A stretch of DNA of 63,020 nt, filler included, from Octopus bimaculoides (GCF_001194135.2; 8 parts of 7 records of this genome joined end to end with filler, not necessarily neighbours in it); one strand, 5' to 3'; positions 25,593 to 38,689 are shown, counted from the whole stretch's first letter. Notes: generated by a model from the letters alone, not told the origin. Translations and numbers: made by a program.

Positions 25593-26330
25593 CAGAAAAG
25601 GTAAGACAACAAAAGAAAGAAAGAGACCTCGATATTATGTAAATAGAGGAATTTATCTGTAAATAATATGTGACAATTATTTGGTAGCCATGATAAAACT
25701 CTGAGTTTCAGATGTTGGGGCGGAAACCCATGCTGCCATCTCTTCAGTTATCGGGCCATCGAAAAAAAAATGCTATGAAAATGACCGTTAAACAAAGGGA
25801 AATTATTGTGTGACTGACCGTTATTAAGATAAAAGAGTTATTAGAATGACCGCTAAGTGAGGGGAGGGAGTAAAGGTAAGGAAGTGAAAGTGTGCATAGT
25901 ATTCGTGTAAGCGCACCAGTCCATACATACACATGCACGCCCACACACCCACGTACATGCGCCTATATGTATATACTCATCCTCCCTCTTTTGAAACACA
26001 CACATGCTCACCAACACATTCGCCAAAAAATATATACATACCCGCATACATGCTCACACACACACACAACACATGCGCAACAGGCTTGCACACATACACA
26101 CGCACACAAAAAGGGTCATACACACGCACACAAAAAGGGTCATACACACGTCTATATACGTTTATATTTTATTGCTTTTTTACACTGTTTTACACTTTTT
26201 TCTATATTTTGCCTTTAGCCTTATTTTTTCTTGTGCAGATAACTGAAGAGATGGCGGCGTAGGTTTCCGCCCCAACATCCAAAACTGGAGTTTTATCATG
26301 GCTACCGAATAATTGTCAGATATTATTTAC

Positions 26331-26335
<5 letters not shown>
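25591..26335. mobile_element. Second member of the 16.5-kb inverted-repeat family, with a longer unrelated spacer
   Basis: Same arms as 16531-16860; here the roughly 60-bp extension is on the left arm. Confidence 0.85.
25692..25752 (-). ncRNA. Type I hammerhead ribozyme motif with canonical core
   Basis: GATAA-CTGAAGA-GATG...CATC-T-GAAA-CTCAGAG-TT-TTATC. Confidence 0.7.
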
Positions 26336-26386
<51 letters not shown>

Positions 26387-26599
26387 TTTTGAGCCTCCTC
26401 TGGACTGTCTTCATCACCCTCCAGTTGCTTGTAACCTTTCAGAGGTATACAGGAACTCCTTTATAATAACTTGCTTACAGTTAAATAAGGAGATCTGGAG
26501 AAGGAATTCCAACACAGACTTGAAATCTGGAACTGAAGGGACTCAGAGCAAACTTACAAATAATTGAAGTTTCAATAAGTAGGAAAGAAGACAGGCTTT

Positions 26600-27000
26600 A
26601 GGTTTTGAATCTGAGAGGCTGATTTCAATCTATCTGATAGCAATGTCAAATATTCTCATGAAAGCAATTGAAGTTATTAGGAAATCAAAAAATCTAATTA
26701 TTTCAATGGTCATGGCATAAATATTCTATGTTCCCAGATTCTCTTTTGGTTCTTATGCACAATTCTATGCCTAGATCTAAAGCCACTATGAAGTTTTGAG
26801 ATACAGTATTCATGATATGGGAATTGATTTGGTGTGTGGTGATTTGAACCAAAATATTAAAACATTAGCAATAATGGACAGAATAGAAATATTTCTAAAA
26901 TTAATGCAATCTAAAAGTCTTGCTTTTACTTTTGTGGAGAACCCTAGAATGCTTCTTGAAAAGTACAATATGTAGAAATATGCTATAGGGGTGTCCTTAA
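26600..27000 (+). pseudogene. Possible decayed LINE AP-endonuclease fragment
   Basis: GIDLVCGDLN resembles the APE 'GDFN' motif; surrounded by stops. Confidence 0.3.
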
Positions 27001-28325
27001 AAAGAATTGGTAAGCTTGAGATATAAAAGCTATGAGCAATACCAAAAATAAATAGATAAATAAATTAATAAATTATAAACATTTTGCTTAAGAATTCTTG
27101 CATTACTTTCATGGATCTAACAAAATACTTATCAGCTCAAAATCCACACCCTTTTACTTTGTATACAGGAAGCACCAATTACGTTTTTCTAGCAATCAGC
27201 AGACATGTCAGCAGTGTACCAATTTTGCTTGGCACACTGCTCTGTTTTTAAAAAATCACAGGTGACATGTTCCACAAAATTAGTCATTTCTTTCTACATT
27301 ATTATGGATATCAATCAATGCAAACTGAACTGAAGAAATTGTCATCATTTCTTTTCTCGCAAAAACATAGAAATAGAGAAATAATTTTTCCCCAATTGAC
27401 ACAGCTTCAATGTTAATTTGCCTTCATTATCAACATTGTTTGTTTGTCAAATGAACAATTAGCTACAACAAAAAGTAGTTCTCTTTCTCTTGTTCTCTCT
27501 CTCTTTCCCTGTCTTTCTTTCACACACATACGCACACACATACTTCCATTGATTTCTAAGTTATTGATGGAATGTTAATTCAGCCCTTCACCCAATTTCA
27601 ACTCTAAACCAATGTATAATGAATAGATTATTATGCTGACAGAGTATCATTTTCAGTGTATTGTACTGAAAAAAACAAGTCTGACATTTTTGCTGTTTTA
27701 AACCAAACAAAGTCACTCTTTCTACTGCATATAAATCTGTTGACCAAAGTAAGTCGAACAGGCCAGTGTTTGAAAATAAATACACAAGTCTATAGTAGAA
27801 GACATTTGGCCAGGATACCAAGCTGTGGATTCTTATGAAGTAAATTTCTAAGCCATATAGTTGTGCCTGCACCTCTAAGTGAAATACTTATGTAATAGTA
27901 CTTCAGTTATATCTGAAATGAAGCATTTGATAAAACATCACTACCAAAGTTTCTTAAACCTACAGGAATTTTTTCTAGAGCAGGATAAATTTTTTTCTTA
28001 AAATCCAGCAGAATGGTAACAAAAAATTAAAATATAGTTGGATTTGAATCATAAAATATATATAGTGCCTTACCTTCGTTCTTTACTCTCAGCAGCCTTG
28101 ACAAATAATTTATTAATTAATCAAGTAGAGTTAAGGTTCTTGTCTAAAAATATAATCAACATAACATTCATAATGAATACTATGCATGACTCTGAGACCA
28201 GGAGTACAGTAGCACTATACTCATTTAACAACTGTTTTTACTATGTACATATGTCTGTGTGGGGGTGAGTGTGTGTCTGTATGTGAATTTGATTGCAATA
28301 AAGGAAAATATTTTCAAATAAATAC

Positions 28326-28449
28326 CCAGATCAGAAGAATTTTCTTTAGAACCAACAACAAAAGCTGCCTTTTTAAGTTTTAGTCTTTCAGCATCAGTTC
28401 CAGACAGACTTGGTGATTTGCGACTGCCAACATCAGATAACTTTGATGG
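28326..28449 (-). CDS. Putative internal coding exon (PSKLSDVGSRKSPSLSGTDAERLKLKKAAFVVGSKENSSDL), phase 0 to 1
   Basis: Acceptor tttttttgtag|CCA and open frame in phase with the 30395 donor. The donor G|gtattt is only moderate. Confidence 0.55.
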
Positions 28450-29304
28450 CTACAAAAAAATTTGTTATATTTAAAAACAGAGCATTCGATATTATGTATA
28501 TTTTATTCATTAAATATATATTTATTCACTAAGGAAGAATGAAAAAATTTTTTTAAATTATACAATATAAGTTAAATCTTGTTTAACAAGACTACAGTAG
28601 TTTAGAAAAAGACACAGCCAAGAACTCTGAGGCTTAAAGAGGGAACAGTGTAGTGTGAGATACATGGGGTAAAACCATATGGCAAACTTCGTCACACTAA
28701 CATACTAGCTGGAAAAATCATATATCAAATTAAGGACTATGAATAAAATGGTAATAGCTGTTGTTAAAAAGGAACTATGTATATATATGTTTCTATTCCT
28801 TCATCATTGTCATCATCATTATTGTTTAAATTCCACAAAAAAGCCTATCGTATCATCATCAGCATCATCATCATCGTTTAACGTCCGCTTTCCATGCTAG
28901 CATGTGTTGGACAATTTGACTGAGGACTGGTAAACTAGATGGCTGCACCAGGCTCCAATCTGATCTGGCAGAGTTTCTACAGTTGGCATTAGGAAGGGCA
29001 TCTAGCATTCTTTCAGTTTCCATCTACCAATTTACAAGGCTTTGTTCAGTCCAAGGCTATAGTAGAAGACACTGGCCCAAGATGCTGTGCAGTGGGACTG
29101 GACCCAGAACCATGTGATTGTGAAGCAAGTTTCTTACCACACAGCCATGCCTGCACCTACTTTGCATAGACAACATCAAGAAGTGGATGAGTAAATTATT
29201 AATGGAAACCTGAGTCCTGGCCAGTAAGCAAATTGTAACATCCCCCATTATCATTACAAAAAAAAATACATGATTTTGACTAATCATTTCAGATGCATTA
29301 TCAT

Positions 29305-29418
<114 letters not shown>

Positions 29419-30394
29419 GTTTAACGTCCGCTTTCCATGTTTGCATGGGTTGGACGATTTGACTGAGGACTGGTGAACCAGATGGCTACACCAGACTCCA
29501 ATCTGATTTGGCAGAGTTTCTACAGCTAGATGCCCTTCCTAATGCCAACCACTCCAAGAGAGTAGTGGGTGATTTTACGTGCCACCGGCATGAAGGCCAG
29601 TCAGGTGGTACTGGCAATGGCCACGCTCAAAATGGTGTATCTTACGTGCCACCTGCACAGGAGCCAGTCCAGCGGTACTGGCAACAATCTCGCTCGAATG
29701 TTGTTTTCACATTCCACTGGCACAACTGGTAACGATCACGCTCAAATGGTGCTATTTATGTGCCACTGGCATGGAAGCCAGACAGCTGCTCTGGCAATAA
29801 TCATGCCCGGAAAAATCATTAAAAACAAATGAAAAATAATAGAGTAGAGAACAATCAAAATGGTCTTCATCTCAATCTTAGTTTGAAATTAATTATAACG
29901 ATACTATTAGTTTCAAAATGATTTTTAATTTTGAGATTTAAATAGAAAACTCAAATCTTAAATTTATGAAAGTAAAGGAGTAATATTATTTTGTTAAAGA
30001 GATCTTTATCAAACGCACTCTTTGTTAAATATAAAATAAAGGAATTTTATAGGAAACTAAACTAGAAAGAAATGTGAATCAATGGAGGTGTAAATTAATT
30101 TTAAAAAAACCTATAGGATATTTGAATAGTTAAAAATAGTACTGTTCTAGAACATTTAAAAGTTATTTTAAATGTTAAAAATAAAACACGTTTTCCTTTG
30201 TCAGAGCTCTTTCATCATACATCCTGTGACCTCTTCAGTGACTCTCTATTCCACGTGTCTCCATGCGGAACTAGCAGAGAAACGTGAGATAGAGAGTCGC
30301 TGAAGAGGTCACAAAACATCTTTACATCATCATCATCGCCTTCCATGCCAGCAAGGGTGGGACCATATGTTAAAAACAAAAAAGAAACACTTAC

Positions 30395-30814
30395 CTGTGT
30401 TGGAGCAGAAGAAGGTAAATCATCATACAGCTTATTTTGCTGGTTTTTCTCATCACCTTCCCAAGGAAGTTTGTTTTTACCTTTGCCAGCACTAAGGAAT
30501 CGCTTTGTAACTACAGGATAATCATCTGGGGATGATGCAGATGAGCTTTCATTAATGGACACATTTTCATTCTCTACTGACTCATACCGGGCTGAGCTGC
30601 TGCCACCACTGGCGGCTGCCTGAACCCATTCTATGTCAGCGTTCTGTGTGTCCCCTGTCATTTTTCTTTGTGCAGCTGAAGAGGGTGCTGGCATAGCATA
30701 GTCGACTAAACCATCTTCGTCAAGTCGAGGGAGGTGTCTACGAGCCAGGCGGGCTTGAACAGCAATCATAAGGCCCTTTGATGAACTGTGACGTGACTCT
30801 TCCAAATCAACTAC
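30395..30814 (-). CDS. Internal coding exon, 140 aa, Ser-rich with Tyr motifs (DYAMP, RYESV, DDYPVV, LYDDLP); protein unidentified
   Basis: Acceptor acttttttttcag-type tract then GTA, donor CAG|gtaagt, 420 nt phase 0-0, no stops, GC clearly above the flanks. Confidence 0.85.
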
Positions 30815-31774
30815 CTGAAAAAAAGTGTGCAAACAAATACTCAATGTAGCAGCAGTGGACATTTATGTAAATATAATAATTTATTAAATAGACTAAATTT
30901 GTTGTGAAGAATTAAGTAACATTATGTAAGCAGACTTGAGGAGACAAAAGTGCAAGAATTTAAATATAGCCAAAGTCAGTAGGTTGAACCTTAACTTCAG
31001 GGCGAACTCAGAGTAATACTAGAATATTGTTATCACTTCAGAGCTGATTGACTGATATTCTCATTTCACATCTGATTGATATCTAATTTTGCAGGTGATA
31101 TATTAGTCTGGTTTCACATCTGATTGGGTAGCAAGTGAAAGAACTTACAAATATATTAGTATGGTTAAGAGATTTGCTCTTCAACTACACATGATTCCAC
31201 GGTTGATTTAAGTACATAACATCTTGGGTAAATATTCTCTTCAGTAGTTTTGGTTTACCAATTCCTTATGAGTAGAATTTGGTAGACTGAAAGTGCAGAA
31301 ACCTGTCTCACAAACACATACATATACAACATCTACATCATCATCATAATCATCATCGTTTAACGTCCGCTTTCCATGCTAGCATGGGTTGGACGATTTG
31401 ACTGAGGACTGGTGAAACCAGATGGCAACACCAGGCTCCAGTCTAATTTGGCAGAGTTTCTACAGCTGGATGCCCTTCCTAACGCCAACCACTCAGAGAG
31501 TGTAGTGAGTGCTTTTACGTGTCACCCGCACGAAAACGGCCACGCTCGAAATGGTGTCTTTTATGTGCCNNNNNNNNNNNNNNNNNNNNNNNNNNNNNNN
31601 NNNNNNNNNNNNNTTAATTAATTAANNNNNNNNNNNNNNNNNNNNNNNNNNNNNNNNNNNNNNNNNNNNATATAGAGAGAGAGAGAGAGAGAGAGAGACA
31701 GATATATAGATAGATATATAGACACACCGATAGACAGACAGATAGATAGATATATAGATAGATAGATAGATAGG

Positions 31775-31827
<53 letters not shown>

Positions 31828-33114
31828 GTGTATACATGGCAGTATAAATAAGCTTTACGTGTAAAAGTGCGTGCCTTTCACTGCACGTGAATGAAGATGT
31901 ATACTGAAATTTAATTAAAATAATCTTTATCTTTTTACTTGATAAAATGAAGGCTAATTTTAAATGTTGATGACTAGTACTCCATTGCATTAATTTTGAT
32001 GAAGAGTGTTACAATTCTTTATCATGCAATCTTTGTCATTTACGTTTTTGTTAAATATTTTTCCATCTCCCTGATATATTCTTCAAATTAGATCGACATT
32101 TTGTACAGACACTTGTGTACAAGAATGCTGGATACCATGTGCGTTAAGTATATATACTCAAGTATTGCTGTGTTGGAGATATAGTTAATTTTACTTTTTA
32201 TTCAGAGTATTACCGACTATACATTTGTTGAACTATATGCCCTTTTATGTATCAAATATGGATAGAAAAATGTGTCCCTTTGCTTGGTGATTATAACGTG
32301 CTTAACGAAGATTTATGTGCAACATATTGAAGGTCAAAATCTGCGTAGGTACATTAACGTGCTAAATATCAAAGCATGATATTTCGAGTTAAGCTGGTGT
32401 TTGCAAAATTGCAGCAGCTTGAACCGAGAGCAAATTATATTGATATTGGCATAAATGCAACTACATGTATAGGAAACTCCGTTATGACAGTCGACAACGT
32501 ATTTACGATTTTTGTGTATATGTCTGTTTCAACACATTTACATTGCTTGAAGTCACTAATAAAGCAACTATAGCCACATTGCTTCCAAAACGAATACCAG
32601 AATGTAGGTAAGAATTAGAAATGGTGCTAGCTTGAACACTATTAAGATGAATGCATCCACTTTGGAGGGAAGTTCACTAAGACGATTGTAGCAAATTGGA
32701 TGGCTATGCTGATGCCGAATTTGAACTAAATCCATGCTGCAGAATATCAATAACACTTACTTTTATATCAACTGCTTTTATGTCACCTAGTATTATACAG
32801 TACAATTCCTCAAAGGAAACCTAAATCCATATCTCATTCTGTTTATATTATACGAAATGTGTGTAATAATTCACTTTTGATGTCGCATACAAAAAATGTC
32901 TTTATAAGACTACTGAAATATTAATATTGTTACTGTATCGGTGTAGCTGTCACTTACTTTCTGTACATAACACCGTTTTCCCACCTTAATATTATCAGGA
33001 TTTGAATATCTATCATATTACTATGATTCTGGGAAATTCTGAATACATCCAATTATGGTTTTGAGACACAATTATTAAGGATGTCCGTCTGTTAAGGGCA
33101 ACATTTATATTATC

Positions 33115-33528
33115 GTCAGAATTTATTTGATACGTATGAAGGTGAGAATATATATTATGTATATACATATATTACATATGTGTGTGAGAAAAAGAGAGTA
33201 GAAGAGAGAGAGAGGAAGGGAGAGAGAATGACAGAGAGAGGGATGAATGGATCGATGCATGGATAATTACGGATATTTATTTAGGTAAACTAAAATCTTA
33301 ATAGTATTGGTAAAAACTAGCTAAAGTGCCACAAATGACACAAATAATTCACATGAAAATTAAAGATATATATGTCAACGCTTCTTTTGTGAATAAGCGA
33401 ACGTCACCGGTGACACTACAGGTGACGTTCGATCATTCACAAACGACGCGTTGATATACTCACATATGCTATATATGCATACACATAATATATATTCTCA
33501 CCTTCATACGTATCAAATAAACTCTGAT
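33115..33528. repeat. Nested inverted repeat: outer arms of about 65 bp plus an inner hairpin of about 38 bp (33369-33458)
   Basis: gtcagaatttatttgatacgtatgaaggtgagaatatatattatg is mirrored at 33466-33528. Inner stem CGAACGTCACC/GGTGACGTTCG and TTTGTGAAT/ATTCACAAA. Confidence 0.8.
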
Positions 33529-33891
33529 GCTACAGCTTTTCTGATAGTGTCTGAAGAAACTGGTGTGTGAATAGGATGAAGATTAGAATGCAACTTCACG
33601 TTAACATCTTCTGTACATAATTAATTAATGCATGGTCAATTGCAGAGAATTAGACTTGAAATAACTTTAAATTCTCTGTCCTTGTATATTGGATAGACTA
33701 CTTCTGCCTTTTTGTTGTTTTAGTTTGCTATATTTAGTTTTTGGTGGGAGAATTCTTTGTGTGGTATTTTTCAACACTTATTTGATTAAGATTTTGCTAA
33801 TATTTTTTTTAACCTAATAAATATTCGTATCTATTCATCCATCGATCCATGCAACTCTCTTTCTTTTTCTGTCTCTCCCCCTTCTCTCTCA

Positions 33892-33938
<47 letters not shown>

Positions 33939-36464
33939 TATATANNNNNNNNNNNNNNNNNNNNNNNNNNNNNNNNNNNNNNNNNNNNNNNNNNNNNNNN
34001 NNNNNNNNNNNNNNNNNNNNTATATACATACACACTTATACACACACGCACACGCTCACACGCACATAAATAAACACACACTTATATATGCTTATTTATG
34101 TATAGTGCTAATGTGTTCAGTATATAATTGAATTTTTGAATACTGCTATATTAGCTAAATTGTCTGTTGTCAATTCTTTTAATATTTTAAATATTACTCT
34201 GCAAAACTTACAGTCGTTGCGTAGCGAGTTTGTTGCACAATCAGCTGATGAAAAGCCGTATTGGGGCATTGTTCGATATGGAGTTCGAGGAGTGCAATAG
34301 AAGTTCTATATTTTATTCCAGAAAAATAGAGATGGCATAAATAATGCTGATACATTTTGTACTATCAAAAAGACACCTTGGCTTTTGTTCATTACGATAT
34401 TGTCTTAATTCTTAATAAATTATTGTGTGAGTATCATCATACCATCATTTAATTTTGGATGCAAGAAACAAAAATCGCTACAGCTAATATGTAAATAATT
34501 TGAAATCTAATTCAGACACAAACCCAGTTTTATTATGGAGAAGGGAGTCTTAAAGGCATCGTCTCGCATTTGAATGATAGTTACGTTATCAATTGCGAAA
34601 ATATGAAGTCAAAGAGTATCTTGATTGCTTTGACCTCAGAAACGCCGGAAGAATTTAACATTAAATCCTTTTCTGAAACTCTTTCCAATGTAATCCAATT
34701 CAGACTGCATGAAATATTGCAATGCATTACGTAATAAGTACGAAATTTCATATTCACCATTATAACGCACAATGCAAATTTAGTGCTATTCAGGGATTAT
34801 TTGATTTCTTAAGATCTTACATATAGCAGGGTTCTGAGATATTGGTTTAATTAGCTTCATAACAGGAATATTTTCATCCATAGTGACATTTCTGTTAAAA
34901 TACATAAACAGCTGGAGATTGACATAATATCGTTTCAGATATAAGTTTTTAATGAATAGGAATAATGAAATAAAATGCTTGTTCAATGGTAATCAAAAAT
35001 TGGTACACGAATGTAGTAGAAACGGGAGAACAAACACAAATGAGTGTGAGAATAGAACAGGTTATATTGCATTTACATGAAAGCCAGACAAAACAAACTG
35101 ATAAAAATATCCGGAAGATATCACAGACAATTTGGACAGACGTTTACTCTAAGACATGTCGTGGGGAGTAAATAAACACCGAACGAGCAGCTATTGAAGA
35201 AAAATGCACAAAGAACCAGATAAAGTAAACATATTTATGGCTATACGATTTGTAATTTCCTAACACGTTCACTTCACGACCACAAAATATCTGGATTAAA
35301 AATCAAATCGTAATATATCGTACAGAGAAAATGAATTCTAACAAAATGTTGGTCAATATATTTTCAATGAAACACTGTATATAGTAAATATATAGAAGCA
35401 CTGACACATATGCATGCATCATGTAGATAACTACATATATGTGCATTTTTCATAAATACATTTAAACATACACATACACTATATCATATATAATATATAA
35501 TATTCTAATATATATGTATACACACACACACACACACACAGATATATATATATATATNNNNNNNNNNNNNNNNNNNNNNNNNNNNNNNNNNNNNNNNNNN
35601 NNNNNNNNNNNNNNNNNNNNNNNNNNNNNNNNNNNNNNNNNNNNNNNNNNNNNNNNNNNNNNNNNNNNNNNNNNNNNNNNNNNNNNNNNNNNNNNNNNNN
35701 NNNNNNNNNNNNNNNNNNNNNNNNNNNNNNNNNNNNNNNNNNNNNNNNNNNNNNNNNNNNNNNNNNNNNNNNNNNNNNNNNNNNNNNNNNNNNNNNNNNN
35801 NNNNNNNNNNNNNNNNNNNNNNNNNNNNNNNNNNNNNNNNNNNNNNNNNNNNNNNNNNNNNNNNNNNNNNNNNNNNNNNNNNNNNNNNNNNNNNNNNNNN
35901 NNNNNNNNNNNNNNNNNNNNNNNNNNNNNNNNNNNNNNNNNNNNNNNNNNNNNNNNNNNNNNNNNNNNNNNNNNNNNNNNNNNNNNNNNNNNNNNNNNNN
36001 NNNNNNNATATATATATTACATGCAAAATGCGAGCATGAACAGTAATATTGTTAAGATCATAAACCTGGAAGATTACAGAACACGTTATTACACCTGGAA
36101 AAGTTTAGGACAAATTCCGACTTCAAGTAAAGTAAAGTAAAGAATAAGAAACCTTTACTGAAAATATTGCAGCAAAGAAAGCCGCCTCTAATTTATGATT
36201 TGATACATTTCTCAACTTTTAAACTTATTGTACAAAACTGTTAACCTAATTTGTATTTTTTTTCTAAATTTATGGTAGTAAATTAGCCAAATTCTACTTA
36301 AATAACTATAGTGTTATTTGTAGGCCATATATATAACAATGTGCCTAAATAATGAACTACAGATACAATATCCCTGCACTTCTCATGTCTATTTTCATTC
36401 CTCCACTTCACTCTGTATTTCATATCCTTTCTAGAATAACTATTGTTTAAACGTCTTCTCACAC

Positions 36465-36514
36465 GATCTCCGGTGAAGGAATATATAAAATGTCCCGGAA
36501 ACAGCTGTAAGACC
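36465..36514 (+). ncRNA. Degenerate hammerhead-like motif
   Basis: GATCT-CCGGTGA-AGGA...TCCCG-GAAAC-AGCT-GTA-AGACC. Helix I TCT/AGA, palindromic helix III ACAGCTGT, GUA triplet; core deviates at positions 4 and 6. Confidence 0.45.
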
Positions 36515-37111
36515 TATTTATAAATGTTACGGAATCTGTCACAGCCTTGGATTTTAATCTCATTGTGTTAAATTTATATACATACATACACACACATATA
36601 TATATATATATACATACATATATATATATANNNNNNNNNNNNNNNNNNNNNNNNNNNNNNNNNNNNNNNNNNNNTTAATTAATTAANNNNNNNNNNNNNN
36701 NNNNNNNNNNNNNNNNNNNNNNNNNNNNNNCCACACCACCACACACCACGCACCACCACACCATACACCACACACCACCACACCACACTACCACACACCA
36801 CCATACCACACCACATCACATCACACCATTCGCACACACTAGCACTGACCACTTCCCAGCACCTACACCATCATCCACACACCTACACATGCACACACGT
36901 ACACGTCGATGTCACCAGCCCCCTTCCACAGGTACATACACGCTCTCACATACACACGCACGCGCATCTTCGTTTTGGGATCACCACTACTTTATTTTCT
37001 TCCCATCTTCCTAGCTCTCCTGTGTGACCCCTCTGTCCGGCATTCGACATGATTGATCGTTAGCCACTAAACCTTTTTCTACTTTCTCTCCTTGTTTATT
37101 TTTGTGTGTTC

Positions 37112-37147
37112 CTTTCTGTCGAAGAGCGTAGGCTCGAAACGTAAAAT
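37112..37147 (+). ncRNA. Hammerhead-like motif with variant core CUGUCGA
   Basis: CTTT-CTGTCGA-A-GAGC(GTAG)GCTC-GAAAC-GTA-AAAT. The helix I partner is AAAG in the 22.4-kb and 57.2-kb copies. Confidence 0.5.
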
Positions 37148-37243
37148 ACTTTCTCACTTCCCGAGTATTAAACTAATACTTCTGTTTGCTGTTTACACAC
37201 CTGTCTTCGTCTTTTGTTGTTGTTGTTTTTTGTAAATTCTCAC

Positions 37244-37305
<62 letters not shown>

Positions 37306-38109
37306 AGTAAAAATAAATACAAAAAAGGTGGGGTTTTTTGTATGATTGTGTATAGGGGAATATATTATTTTGTTTAAAAGAGTTCCAACACTGTCTGTTT
37401 TTTATGTTTTATTTATATTCCTGCAGAACTAATGTGGGGTATAGAATATGGAATATACAATATATAATATATAATATACAANNNNNNNNNNNNNNNNNNN
37501 NNNNNNNNNNNNNNNNNNNNNNNNNNNNNNNNNNNNNNNNNNNNNNNNNNNNNNNNNNNNNNNNNNNNNNNNNNNNNNNNNNNNNNNNNNNNNNNNNNNN
37601 NNNNNNNNNNNNNNNNNNNNNNNNNNNNNNNNNNNNNNNNNNNNNNNNNNNNNNNNNNNNNNNNNNNNNNNNNNNNNNNNNNNNNNNNNNNNNNNNNNNN
37701 NNNNNNNNNNNNNNNNNNNNNNNNNNNNNNNNNNNNNNNNNNNNNNNNNNNNNNNNNNNNNNNNNNNNNNNNNNNNNNNNNNNNNNNNNNNNNNNNNNNN
37801 NNNNNNNNNNNNNNNNNNNNNNNNNNNNNNNNNNNNNNNNNNNNNNNNNNNNNNNNNNNNNNNNNNNNNNNNNNNNNNNNNNNNNNNNNNNNNNNNNNNN
37901 NNNNNNNNNNNNNNNNNNNNNNNNNNNNNNNNNNNNNNNNNNNNNNNNNNNNNNNNNNNNNNNNNNNNNNNNNNNNNNNNNNNNNNNNNNNNNNNNNNNN
38001 NNNNNNNNNNNNNNNNNNNNNNNNNNNNNNNNNNNNNNNNNNNNNNNNNNNNNNNNNNNNNNNNNNNNNNNNNGTGTGTATGCACAACACACACACACAC
38101 ACACACACA

Positions 38110-38657
38110 TACGAGGTGTTGCTGAAAAGTTCCTGGCTCTAGGGGTGTCGCAAAAGATCTGATTGGAGGCTCAACCATCCGAGTTCTTTTACAAGGCTTA
38201 GCAAAACTGTAAAAAAAAAGACCCCCTTCGGTCATGAATGACTATAGGATTGCACCTAGAAAATTACCCTCCGAGGCAGAAGTCCTGGAAAATTTGTTTA
38301 TGGACCAGTAGTCACCCATGCATACCAACCTCTCCTCTCCACACCACCGATGTTGTCCAAGAGAAAGGCGAAGTCCCATACAACTTGGCACCAGTGACGT
38401 CGCAACTCATTTCTACAACAGAGTGAACTGAAGCAATGTGAAAATAAAGCGTATTGCTCAAGAACACAACACACAGCCCGGTCCGGGAATGGAACTCACT
38501 ACCTCATGATTGTGAGCCCGATGCTCTAACTACCAAGCCGAACGCTGTAATAAGTGTGTGAACCCGAGAGTGGAATATGTTAGACAAAGTCATAATTAAC
38601 TGATCCTTCTGTATTTTCTTTCACTCAAAGCCAGGAACTTTTCAGCACCACTTTGTA
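38110..38657. mobile_element. Mariner-type MITE with a nested family-D SINE (about 38211-38545)
   Basis: TA-CGAGGTGTTGCTGAAAAGTTCCTGGCT ... AGCCAGGAACTTTTCAGCACCACTTTG-TA. An uninterrupted paralogue lies at 51797-52002. Confidence 0.85.
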
Positions 38658-38689
38658 TAGACATAAATAGATATTATATACGCACACGC

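Noticed and set aside
26545-26640. Possible terminal exon DRLKSASQIQNLKPVFFPTY*
   Set aside because: It is phase-compatible with 28326 but overlaps a likely LINE endonuclease relic on the opposite strand, and alternative frames look equally plausible.
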